Below are positions 46,200-58,235 of a DNA stretch of 64,000 nt, in pieces. A model generated the notes under the pieces. The model did no database searches. It was not told the DNA's origin and saw only the letters and a program-made list of their open reading frames with translations. This DNA comes from Octopus vulgaris (taxonomy: Eukaryota), in contig OX597842.1 in the NCBI GenBank assembly GCA_951406725.2, positions 8,184,001 through 8,248,000 of the forward strand, read 5' to 3'. How positions within the stretch are numbered: the stretch's first letter is position 1; the number at the start of each line of letters is the position of its first letter. Position numbers and translations under genes: made by a program.

Positions 46200-48790
46200 T
46201 CTAACGAACCGCCAGCTGAAACCGCTTAAGCAGATCCACGAGATGTGAGTTCACTTTCCTATGGATCGAGCCAACACTATCGATGTGTACGTCAACGATA
46301 GCATTAAAGTCTCCTAATACTACTAAAGTCTTCGACATCACGAGAAAGCCCTCTAGGTACTGATAAAAATCAGTTTGGAAGCCTCTAGCACAAGGTGCAC
46401 AGAGTCCGATCAACCTGAAGGCCTTACTGCTGTATGTCACATCAAGGACGACCAGCCCACCTTCAGGGTCCACATAGACTGTACTTGTCTGCAGAGCCAA
46501 GCTTTTACAGATCAGTACCACTACACCCCCTCGTCCTCCGGTCTGACCGGGAGACATGATTTTCTCGTAGCCATTCAGGAGAGGCGAGAAGGTTTGTAGA
46601 TTATCCAGCTTGGTCTCTGTAGCAACCATCACATGCATATCATGTGATCTGAGATCGTCGAGGAAACACGCCTGCTTCCACTTCAAACTCAGACCACGCA
46701 CATTCAAACAACCAAGGTTAAGAGACGCCGTTACAATAAGTAAAGGTTCTACTTACATTTCTTTGGAGATTTGGGGGCTGACCTTACCACATGTGGATCC
46801 GTCCCCTTCTCGTATCTCTTCGCGTAACCCGGTAAATCCACAATCTTCCATATGGCCATCTGGTTTCTGTCCTTTAGTTCCCGGTATAGGGATTTTTCTA
46901 CCCTTGCACATCTGTTCTTCAAATCATGGTGTTGGATGTACAGCATAGTCCTTTTGTGCTTTAAAAGGGCGTCACTTGTATACGTGTCTGTCGTATCGTA
47001 TTCCACCAACATAACATTTTTGTTTTCTTCCGGGACAGATGGGCAGGGTTTCTTTTTTGGTGTCTGTGGTGCGTTTTTTTCTGTTTTGTGTGGAGGATAT
47101 GGGTTGTGAAGGTCTACGGGAACGTTTCTTTCCCACTAGTGTGAATCCAACCTCTGAAACCTCCATGGTGTTATCTGAGGGGTTGGTGGCAGTTTCTTTC
47201 GGCGCAGTGTTTTCCATTGGTGCCGGGTCTTCCAAGAGGGTTGGGTCATTTTGTTTATGTAGGGACTTGTGCATGCCGGGGCTGGGTTTTTCTGTGCTTT
47301 GTTTGGAGACTAGCACCTCAACAACGGGGGTGGGAGTTTTTGTTTGTGGGGGTTGGTGTGTTTGCGGGGGCGGGTTTTTTTTTTTGTTATTTGAGGGGCC
47401 TGGTGTTTGCAACAACTTTTCTTTTTCTTCACAGTCAGCTCAAATGTGGCCCTTTTTTCCGCATTGGTAACAGGTGGGCTTACGGCCTTCCACCTGTACC
47501 CTAAGGGCCACATTCTCCCCAACGAGTACTCTCTCTGGTAGGACTTGAATGTCCTCCTGTTTGCCTTGTATTAAAACCGTTATGTTCCACCCTAACCACA
47601 TCTGTGGGGCGGAACTTGTGGTCTGTAATATGTTAATCCGGTCCGTCCTGTTAAACAACAGGCCGGCCACCACTTCTTTCGGGTCTACTGTGGGTGGGAT
47701 TTTGTTAATCCTTACACGGGATGATCGTCGCCCCCTGTATGTTGGCAAAAGTACCACTTCCTTGGTCTTCAGGGGGAATACGGCGTGCCCGCAAGCCACC
47801 TTTTCCTCTGAGAATTGAACCTCAACGGATCCGTATGCCCGTCCCCTCGAGATATACACTATATCCCTCCATATCGGGGCCAGTCATTTTTCAATGGTTT
47901 CCTTCCCGAAGTGCTTAAACCTTTTGTCTTGTGGGCAGAAGGTTTTAAACACCACGGTCCTCTTTTCCGTTTCTAGCACGGTGGAGGAGGGCGATATCAC
48001 AACATCACCTCCCTCCTCCTTCATTCTTTTAAAATATCCCTGCAGCATGTCTGCAGAGATATCTATGTTTTCGGTTGCTACTTTTGCAACTGCTGAAAAC
48101 TTTTTCTCAGCGTTGGCGCAATTGCCAACATCAACATTGCTCTCTTCAAGATCAGATTTTTCATGTATTATTTCAACCGACATGGTTGAAAAGTAATTGG
48201 TTTCCCACAAAACTGGGAGACCTTTCGAAAAAAGAAATTTTCCGCTCACAGAGGACAAAAGTAATTAATTTTTTAAATACTCGCAGTCCTAGGTTCAAAT
48301 CCCACCCCCGCTGGGGGGTGAGACGTAGCAACAAAGTCTACGACGATTTGAAATTATTTTCCACTACAACGAAATCCCCAAAAAGGGAAACCTATATTTT
48401 TTCCAAAACAGGACGACAACAGTTCAAATCTCGCCTGTGCTACGGGTGGATGTCACAATAGAGCCTACAATGGCTAAAATTTAATTTTTTCACAACAATT
48501 TGCTATCCCAAAAATGGGAAGCCTATAATATTTCTTTTCCTCTTAATCAGGATAACAGTTCAAATGCCACTCCCGCAGGGAGGGGGGGGGCACAACAATA
48601 AAGCCTACAACGGCTTTAACAAGTTCAACAATATTAATAATTCAATATTAATTTTTTTTTTCCCTTACAACAATTACTTTTTCCCGTCACCGGGAAGAAA
48701 ACACAAAAGTTCACAAAAATATTCAATAAACTAAACAGCAGAAAAATTATCCGTGTGACTCACCGCAAAAAAAACACCGAACATGTCTGA
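46200..48790 (-). mobile_element. Tx1-clade family C element (5' UTR, ORF1, APE N-half), 5' end at the SINE target site
   Basis: ORF1 with CYQCGKKGHI knuckle; ORF2 start NVRGL...VATET...LCAP...LGDFNA. The 5' end is followed by ggttagtgagctacttaccacgcagcc. Confidence 0.85.
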
Positions 48791-48830
48791 GGTTAGTGAG
48801 CTACTTACCACGCAGCCACTCCTGCGCCTA
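48791..48830 (-). mobile_element. SINE S1 head fragment (target-site side)
   Basis: ggttagtgagctacttaccacgcagccactcctgcgccta. Confidence 0.88.
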
Positions 48831-49591
48831 TATAAAGCTTTACATATTTTTCACCAAACTTTTTATATTTTACTTTTTCTCCAGCAGCCAACTCCAGAAC
48901 CCTCGGTTTCTTGTAAGCATGATCTGATGCATCAGTCTCATCACCTGTAGTTTCCTGTTGGGGAGAGGCCTTTGCTGTACTGTTTGTTGGTTTGCTGAGG
49001 TTTGCATCTAAGGATCATGTGTTTTATGATCAAATGACCCACTGTTTGATTACTGCAGCAATCTTGTTTCTTTGCATTCATTCATTCATTGAAAGGTCTT
49101 TTCTTTACTCTTTTATCGTTTACTTGTTTCACTAATTAGATTGTGGCCATGCTGGGGCACCGCCTTAAGGAATTTTTTTACTAGAATGAATTGACCCCAT
49201 CCTCAACTTTCATTCTCCTGTTCCTCCTGCTTGATCCTCTCTTTCCTTTTACCAATTGGGTCCCATATTTTTACCTTCCAAAGAGTATCTATTTTCTCTT
49301 TAAGCTTGGATCTGATTCTATCAGGCTCTTTCTGCTGAACCACTAAGTTATGGGGATGTAAACATACCAATACCAATAGTCAAGCAGTGGTGGGGGACCA
49401 AAACATGCATGAAGACACACATCTATCTATCTGTGTGTGTGTGTGTTTATTTTTTTAAAGTCACTACAAGGATATATAAACCACTTATAATGGATGGTTT
49501 CATCCAAGTTACACTGGTTTCATACATTGTTGAGAAATATCTCTTCAGTATAAAGATAGGTATGTTATAAATACTCTTTTTTTTTTTTTTT

Positions 49592-49892
49592 ACTTGTTTC
49601 AGTCGAGCAAATCAACCCCAGGACTTATTCTTGTAAGCCTAGTACTTATTCTTTGTAAGCCTAGTACTTATTCTATCGGTCCCTTTTTGCTGAACCGCTA
49701 AGTTACGGGGACGTAAACACACCAGCATCAGTTGTCAAGCGATGTTGGGGGGACAAGCACAGACGCACAAACATATACACACACATACACACATATATAT
49801 ATATATACATATATACGACGACGGCTTTCAGTTTCCATCTACCAAATTCACTCACAAGGTTTTGGTCAGCCTGAGGCTAGAGTAGAAGACAC
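49592..49892 (-). mobile_element. SINE S1, 5'-truncated
   Basis: Body matches 26940-27205. Confidence 0.8.
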
Positions 49893-50170
49893 TCGCATAA
49901 ACCTTTTATTTATTTTTACCATTGGTAAGCAAAAAATGTTGAAACCTGTTCGGTATTTGAATAAATCCAACAAAAAATGTTTAAATTACTACACGTTTTG
50001 AGATTCAGGTGCATTTTCAAACCCCAATACGAATTCTCCTATATTTTTTCTTGCGTAGGAATACACTTCTTCTTTCCATATATATACATACATACATATG
50101 TATATCAACATTGATATACATATGTAGATTTATATATGTGAATATATATCTCTACATATCCATCCATCTG

Positions 50171-50209
<39 letters not shown>

Positions 50210-50499
50210 ATGCGCGTGTGTGTGTATTTCTTTTACTTCCGCTTTTTCATGTTAGCAGAGGTTAGATGAGTACATATTTACTCAGGTATTGTTTTTAAAG
50301 CTTCATTGCCTTCTCTAATTAACTCTAACCCACAACCAAACCTTGTAATTTAAAACAAAAAAGGCAACATTTTTAAAATCTTTTTTTTTGTCAAATAAGG
50401 AATTTTTTTTATTTTCCCTGTCTTTGAAAGCAGAGCTGTCAGGTCATCTGTTGGCAGGATTATGTCAACAAACATCACCATTTTTTTTTTAGCATTCTG

Positions 50500-51005
50500 A
50501 CTATCTCTCTCTCTGTCTTTCTCTAATACACTTACATATGTATACATGAACATGTGTGTGTGTGTATGTATGTGTGTATGTATGTAAGTATATATATATA
50601 TATATATATATATAAAAACATGCATACATACATTTACATATATATGTAAATGTATGTATGTTATATATATATATAATATACATACATATATATAATATAC
50701 ATACATGTAAATATATATATATATATAATATACATACATGTAAATATATATATATATGTATATAATATACATACATACATATATATAATATACATACATG
50801 TAAATATATATATATATATATATATACACATATCCATATCATCATCATCATCGTTTAATGTCCGTTTTCCATGCTAGCATGGGTTGGACTGCTAGCATAT
50901 ATATATAATATACATACATATATATATATATGTATATATACACACACACACATACATGCACGCACACACACACACACACACATATATTTACACACACATA
51001 TACAC
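50500..51005. repeat. Compound (TA)/(TG)/(TACA) microsatellite
   Basis: Direct inspection. Confidence 0.95.
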
Positions 51006-51469
51006 TGTTCAATGGGGTAATGTTTATGAAGTTGTCCAATCCTGGAATATTTATAAAAATTCCTACGGAAATTCCTGTAAACCCTTTCTGATGATGTTTT
51101 TGTTTCAATAAATATATTCTGTCAAAACTCTGTTTGTTGTGTTTTCCATATTTTAAAACCTCAATTGTTATTTTGTTGTATGTTTTGCTTGTCTAGTTCA
51201 TGGGCTTACGGCCATGCTGGGGCACTGCCTTGATGAGTTTTAGTCGAATGAATCAAACCTAGTGCTTATTCTTTTTAAAGTGTGGTACTTATTTTAACAG
51301 TTACTTTTGCTGAACTGCCAAGTTATGGCAGCGTAAACAAACCAGAGCCAACTGTCAAGCAGTAGAAGGGTGGACAAATGCAGACACAAATATAGACACA
51401 CTCACTGTTACATATATGTATATATGGGAAAGGTTCTACTCCCTGGAGAGAAAACGGGAGAGGTATGCA

Positions 51470-51890
51470 GTAATATATATCTAGAAGATCCTGGAAGGAA
51501 TTGTGCCAAATTTTGGCCTTGAAAGCTACACCAATGCTAGAACGGGACGCCACTGCATAGTGCCAAAGATCCCAGCAATGCCATCGTGCTTCAGGACCAG
51601 CTTCTGCAACAGCCTGGGTTTCAAGGGCCCACAGCTTTTTAATATTCTCCCAAAGAGTTTGAGGAACTTGCACAAAGTAGATGTAGCGGTTTTTAAATCA
51701 AAGCTGGACATCTTCCTGTCGAGAGTCCCAGATGAACCTACCTCACGGCAAGAGGTGCAAATGAGAGTAGCTGTATCAAACTCCATTCTTCACCAAGTGC
51801 CACATATTAGACGAGGTTCTTCGTAATAACAGTGTAGCACAAAACGGCGGTGCATCAGCATGGCTGCAGCTCTGAGCTGAAACTAGAAAA
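51470..51890 (+). mobile_element. CR1/L2-like LINE 3' end
   Basis: VPNFGL...GRHC...SLGFKGPQLFNILPKSLRN...FKSKLDIFLSRVPDEP. Confidence 0.7.
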
Positions 51891-53254
51891 AAAAAATTTG
51901 TGTACATATGTTTGTATGTGTGTGTGACCTTCAAAATGTTGGGCCTTCGAACGCTGGCCTCACAGGCAATGACGAAATATCTGGAGATATGCTGTGACTG
52001 CAAAGACCCGAGAAATAAAGAGAGTTCATGGCTGTATCCTACATCAGCTTCACACAACCACCCCCAGCCCATTCAAAGTACCTTGGATTGCAGGATGGGC
52101 TGCTGTGCTTACCTTGGATCGTGGGGCGACCTGCTCTGCTTGTGGAGACCTCTTGAGTCAAGTACATCAAAATAAAAATCAAATGGAAATTGTAGTTGTG
52201 ATACCCATGTCAGTGGCACATAAAAAGCACTATACTAACGTGGCTGATGCCAGCACCGCATTGACTGGCTTCTGTGCTGGTGGTACCAACCGATAGTGGC
52301 TGTTGCCAGCCTCCTCTGGCCCCTGTGCTGGTGGCACGTAAAAAGCACCCACTACGCTCACAGAGTGGTTGGCGTTAGGAAGGGCATCCAGTTATAGAAA
52401 TAGTCAGATCAGACTGGAGCCTGGTGCAGCCTCCTGGCTTCCCAGACCCTGGTCGAACTGTCTAACCCATGCTAGCATGGAAAACGGACCTTAAATGATG
52501 ATATATAGCATCCATTGTCCATGCTGGTCAGGGTTGGACAGTTTAACAGGAGCTGGCAAGACCAGGAGAGCTAGGTTCCAGTCTGATTTGGCTTTGGTTT
52601 CTATGACTGGATGTCCTTTCTAATGCCAACCGCTTTACAGAGTGTACTGGGTGCAGTTTACATGGCACCAGGATGTATACACTTTCACTTTCCATCTATC
52701 AAATTCACTTACAAAACATTAGTCAGGTAAGGGCTATAGTTAGGGTTATCCCCGAAGCTTTATTGACCCTTGACCAAATCAATAGTATAGTATTTATTTG
52801 TTGACAATAAGCCACCAGATACTTAGATTAGAATTGGACCTTTCAGCCTGTGAGGCCCTTGAGCAACTGTGCGGTCTGCTCATGCTTTGAGATGGTACTG
52901 GCTATAGTAGAAGACACTTTAGGTACTACTAAGTGGGATTGAACCTTGCTTGCAAAACAAGCTTCTTATTTTGTCTTGTCTTTTTAACATTCACCCAACC
53001 TCTCTATATATGCTAATAAAATAAAGTAGCAGTGAAATACTGGGGTAGATTTGATAGTCTAGATGTAAATGGAATTATAATAGAAGACTAACACTAACTT
53101 TACCTTTCGTCTATCTGGGGGGTTAAAAAAAAAAAGTGTATCCTATAACAACTGCCAGGAAATATCAACAAAGCATTTACAGTGTTACAAAATGGTTTAT
53201 TAAAATAATTAACAGTTGAGAAAATTGTTTTGTTTTTCTTCACCACCCCCGTCT

Positions 53255-53650
53255 TCGTCATCGTCATCATCATCATTATTATCATCGTTATTACACTGCT
53301 ATGATGACAGTGACGACGACCATGACCACCACTACCAACATCACCAACACCACTAATATTACCACCATCTCAACCACCACCAACAGCAACAACACACCAC
53401 CACACTACCACCACCATCACACCTCCACCACCACTAACACTACCATCTCCACCACTAACACCACCACCATCTCAACCACCACCAACAACACACCACCACC
53501 ATCACACCTCCACCACCACTAATACTACCATCTCACTAATACTACTACCATCACCACCACTAACACCACCACCATTACCACCATCTCCACCACCACAACC
53601 ACCATCACCACCACCAACACCAGCTCCTGCAGCAGCAGCACCACCACCAC
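53255..53650. repeat. (CAC/CAT/CAA)n low-complexity tract
   Basis: Direct inspection. Confidence 0.9.
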
Positions 53651-53725
53651 AAATGTCAGCATCTGACATAGCGTTCATCACCATGGCAACATATCTCCCA
53701 CTCTCAATGTCAGCATTCACAAGTC

Positions 53726-54212
53726 TTAATCCAGATTAGCCTGACTGCTGTCATTTCTTTCCTTACCATTGCCATGACCACCACCACCAACATGACCACC
53801 ACCCTGGACTATTGGTGCATTGATTGTTATCTGTTCTCGGCCCCTATGGTTGTAACAAGGCCCTTTTCTTGGGTGGTGTGAGTTCGTGTCTGAATTTGGG
53901 TTCAAATTTCTGTTTGGGTTTGACGTCATCTCTGGTCTACGTCCATCCGCAGGGTCCAGGGGCGTCTTGATCTGTGGGCCCTGCTGATCTCCCCCTCCTC
54001 CGATGTAGAGACCCACCAGAAGTAAGATGAAGAAGGACATCACCACGCCGCTTACTGCCATAGCAACTGACCGCTTGGCCAAGGAGAAGGCGCTGCGCAG
54101 CTGGCCGCGCCTCGTGTGGCGCCGTGACTGGAAGTGAAGGTTGAGGGCGATGCCGCCGAGGAGAGGATTAGCCAGGAGACATACGGTGAGGAGCAGGATT
54201 CGGTAGAGAGAC
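53726..54212 (-). CDS. Probable last coding exon of a CD225/dispanin-family (IFITM/PRRT/TMEM233-like) membrane protein
   Basis: Polypyrimidine tract plus cag acceptor at 54213-54215. Translation LLLTVCLLANPLLGGIALNLHFQSRRHTRRGQLRSAFSLAKRSVAMAVSGVVMSFFILLLV has two hydrophobic segments with dispanin-like spacing. Open to TAA at 53726; GC-rich against its flanks. Confidence 0.6.
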
Positions 54213-54219
54213 CTGTGGA

Positions 54220-54960
54220 AGAGAGAGAGAGAGAGGTGAGAGAATGTGTGTGTTTGAGGGAAGGAGAGAGAGAGAGATGAGTGTGTGTGTGTGTGTGTGG
54301 GAAAGTATGTGTGTGTTTGTGAGAAAATATGAGTGTGAGAAAGTATGTATGTGTGTGAGAGAAAAAGTATGTGTGTGTGAGAAAGTATGTGTGTATGTGA
54401 GAGAATGTGTGTGTGTGTGAGAGAGAAAAAGTATGTGTGAGAAAGTGAGTGTGAGAGAAAGTGTGGGTGTGTGTGTGTGAGAAAGAGAAAGTGTGTATGT
54501 GTGTGTGTGTGTGTGAGAGAGAGAGAAAGTATGTATGTGTGTGTGTGTGTATGAGAGAGAAAAAGTATGTGTGTGAGAGAGAAAGTGTGTATGTGTGTGT
54601 GTGTGAGAGAGAAAGTGTGTATGTGTGTGTGAGAGAGAAAGTATGTGTGTGTGAGAAGGTATGTGTGAGTAAGTATGTGTGAGAAAGTATGCATGTATGT
54701 GTGAGAAAGAGTGTGTGTGTGAGAAAGTGCATGTGTGAGAGAGTGTGTACGCGAGAGTATGCGTGTGTGTATGAATGCATGTATGGGAGAGAGAGAGAGA
54801 GAGAGAGACAGTGTGTGTGATTGTGAGAGTACGTATGTGTGTGTGTGAGAGAGAGAGAGAGCCTGTATATGAAAGGGAAAGTATGAGTGTGTGTGAGTAA
54901 GGGAGAGAGAGAGTGTGTGTCTCTACGTGTATGTGTGAGAATGTGTGTGTGTGTGTTTAG
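54220..54960. repeat. Compound (GT)/(GA) microsatellite, likely intronic
   Basis: Direct inspection. Confidence 0.95.
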
Positions 54961-55184
54961 GCATGAGTGTAAGAGTGAGAGCTGTTCCAGCAATGATTGT
55001 CCTATCTCTTATTCAGTGATAGAGTATCAAGGACTACATTATCTAACATGCGGTATAAATAGTAGTTATAATTGTGGTTGTTGTTGGTGTTTAGTTTTCT
55101 AAGAAGAATCTTCCTCAAGTTTTCCCCTCTGAAGATGGAATAGTCTGCCATTATGTGAAAAGATTTTCTTCATCTGCTGAGAAA

Positions 55185-55480
55185 TCTTTATATATAAAAT
55201 GGAAGTTGTGTGTGTGAGACTCTGTCTCCTCCGATTTAGATTCCTAACTACTCCCACATTTTGCGGTGCAGTTTAACCAAAAGCGGGTATCTTATAGTCG
55301 TCATTCATATCGAGCCCTTCTGGGTATTAGCGTGCGTCTACAATGAGTCTACGATTTAAAAAAAAAATTACCATCATTTTTCCGCATTTTTAATGATTTT
55401 TGCTCGGGTTATATATCTCTCTAAAAATGCTTATACAGTTATTTCCCTTACAAACCCGAGCAACGCCGGGCGATACTGCG
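55185..55480 (+). mobile_element. Possible non-autonomous Helitron
   Basis: 5' TCTTTATATATAAAA start and 3' hairpin cccgagcaacgccggg. The same hairpin followed by CTAG recurs at 57036-57063. Confidence 0.45.
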
Positions 55481-55512
55481 ACACTATATTCTAAAGTTCC
55501 CAGACTAGTTCT

Positions 55513-55915
55513 TATTTCTTTATTGCCCACAAGGGGGCTGAACATAGAGGGGTCAAACAAGGATTAAGTCGATTACATCGACCCTAGTACGCAACTGGCA
55601 CTTAATTTATCGACCCCGAAAAGATGAAAGGCAAAGTCGACCTCAGCGGAATTTGAACTCAGAACGTAGCAGTAGACGAAATACCTATTTCTTTACTGCC
55701 CACAAGGGGCTAAACATAGAGGGGACAAACAAGGACAGACAAACGGATTAAGTCGATTATATCGACCCCAGTGCGTAACTGGTACTTAATTTATCGACCC
55801 CAAAAGGATGAAAGGCAAAGTCGACCTCGGCGGAATTTGAACTCAGAACGTAACGGCAGACGAAATACTGCTAGGCATTTCACCTGGCGTGTTAACATTT
55901 CTGCCAGCTCGCCAC
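55513..55915 (-). mobile_element. Third SINE family (Meta-domain-like) with internal tandem duplication and ctagttct TSD
   Basis: Reverse complement of 58752..59251; ctagttct at 55505 and 55916. Confidence 0.7.
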
Positions 55916-56031
55916 CTAGTTCTGTAGTGCGCCAACAGATGGCAGTACATGGCTGCGTGTGCTGCCATCTGTTAGCAGTCACCTTCATGAGGCAGTGTGC
56001 TGAGTGACATCGCTGTGTTTACTTCGTAAGT

Positions 56032-56246
56032 TACTCTTTTACTTGTTTCAGTCATTTGACTGCGGCCATGCTGGAGCACCGCCTTTAGTCAAGCAAATCG
56101 ATCCCAGGATTTAAACTTTGTAAGCCTAGTACTTATTCTATCAGTCTCTCTTGCCGAACCGCTAAGTTATGGGGACGTAAACACACCAGCATCGGTTGTC
56201 AAGCAATGTTAGGGGGACAAACACAGACACACAAACACATACACAT

Positions 56247-56309
<63 letters not shown>

Positions 56310-56482
56310 CATATATACGACGGGCTTCTTTCAGTTTCCGTCAACCAAATCCACTCACAAGGCTTTGGTCGGCCCGAGGCTATAGTAGAAGACAATTACC
56401 CAAGGTGCCATGCAGTGGGAATGAACCCGGAACCATGTGGTTGATAAGCAAGCTACTTACCACACAGCTACTCCTGCACCTA
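56032..56482 (-). mobile_element. SINE S1 full length, uninterrupted target site
   Basis: Head, body, (CA)n tract and tail all present. Confidence 0.9.
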
Positions 56483-57807
56483 TTGTAAAATTTGTGTTTC
56501 TGCGATCACATGTATGCTGTAGTCTGGGATTTTATCATGGACAAAACAAAGAGCCAATGTGAAATTTTTGCGTTAAACATGGGAACTCTGCAACAGAGGC
56601 ATTAAGCGTGCTTTGGCAAGCTTACAGCGATGAGGCAATGGGTCGTACGCAATGTTCCGAGCGGCACAGGCACTTTCAGAGTAGAAGTAAATCTCTGGAA
56701 GGTAATGAGCGATCTGGAAGATCTGCCGCAAATGTAACCCCGGAAATGGGGTATTGTGCATTGAGAATTTGTCCCCCGGTGACAGACTGCCAATTGAGAG
56801 TTCTACTACATCTTGAAGCGTTTGAGGTAGGATGTTCGATGAAAGTGACCAATAATTATTTACATCAAAAAGGTGCTTTTTTTTTCTATGCTGTGTCTTT
56901 TTTTTTTTTTGACTGCTGTGTCTTGATTTTTCAGTGTATTTCAACCAGAAAAATGTTCACTTTAAAAGAATAACAAGCTACTTAATGCAAAATTTTTATT
57001 TTCCGAAAATTCCAATTCTAAAGGGTCGAAACAAACCCGAGCAACGCCGGGCAATACTGCTAGTATATAATAAATACTATAAAAAGAAAAACATAATTCA
57101 AATGGACAAAATAATTAAGTTAGAAAACTTTACAACGGTTATAAAATGTTCTTAATAATATTAATCAAAAAATATTTTAATCGAAAATAATCGCTGGGCA
57201 TTTTATTTTATATATTAAAAATTTATGGTGGAATAGGAAATATATTTTATTTAAAATTATTGCATATTATGATGAAAAAAGATAAATGAATAAAGATATA
57301 TTTAATACAGACACTAAATTCAATAAAAATTTTCTTAATCGACAATTCATTCACTCAAAATTTACTCCCAAATACACCAATGTTAAATAAATGTATAATG
57401 TTACGATCCTTATAAAACTCTACCATTTCTTACATAATAATGATAATATTCGTGTATTGTCATTATGCCTTTTTATTTGTGGTATTCAACTGATGTACCA
57501 GTGAAAATTGGATGTTTTACATTCCTTTGAAGGAATTGATTTTTTCCTTCATTTGATTATAACGCCACGCATTCATTTCCAAGTAAGTTTTATCTTAGTA
57601 ATTCCGATGCGCACTCTACAACCTATCTCTATTCTATCTCCCTCTCTTGTTCTTCTTCCTTTCTGTTTTTCTCTCCCACTCTTTCTATAATTCTTCTCTT
57701 CTACCCTTCACTGTTCCCTCTCTTTCCCTCGCTCTTCCTCCTTGGCTTTCTCGTTGCTCACACGTGACCAACGGCTATCTTTCTTTCATTCTTCCACTTC
57801 CTTCCTA

Positions 57808-57818
57808 TGTGTGTGTGT

Positions 57819-57873
<55 letters not shown>

Positions 57874-58189
57874 GAAAAAGAGAGATAATAAGAAAGATAG
57901 ATACATATATAGATGGAGACAGACACACACACACATATATAGAGGGAGATAGATAGATAAATACATAGATATATACATATATATGAAAGTGGATACATAG
58001 ATAGACAAATAGATGGAGAAATATATTAGGCAGATAGATAGACAGATAGCTATCAGACAGGTTGATAGATAGATAGATAGATAGATAGATACATACATAC
58101 ATACATACATATGAAGGTGGATATACAGATAGACAGACAGATATATTAGGTAGACAGACATATTAGATAGACAGATAGATATATTAGAC

Positions 58190-58233
<44 letters not shown>

Positions 58234-58235
58234 CC
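57808..58235. repeat. (TA)n and (GATA)n microsatellites
   Basis: Direct inspection. Confidence 0.95.

Larger units (their letters stand above)
55490..56850 (+). mobile_element. Mariner remnant with two nested SINEs
   Basis: 56540-56725 reads QRANVK.CVK...ATEAL..L.QAYSDEAMGRTQC.E.H.HF...SLE.NERSGR (mariner HTH). A similar 5' end occurs at 58640-58750. Confidence 0.65.

Noticed and set aside
50350-51108. YI/CV-rich ORFs (also 40338-41124, 54220-55102, 57647-58191, 62900-63264)
   Set aside because: Stop-free dinucleotide repeats; no coding signal.
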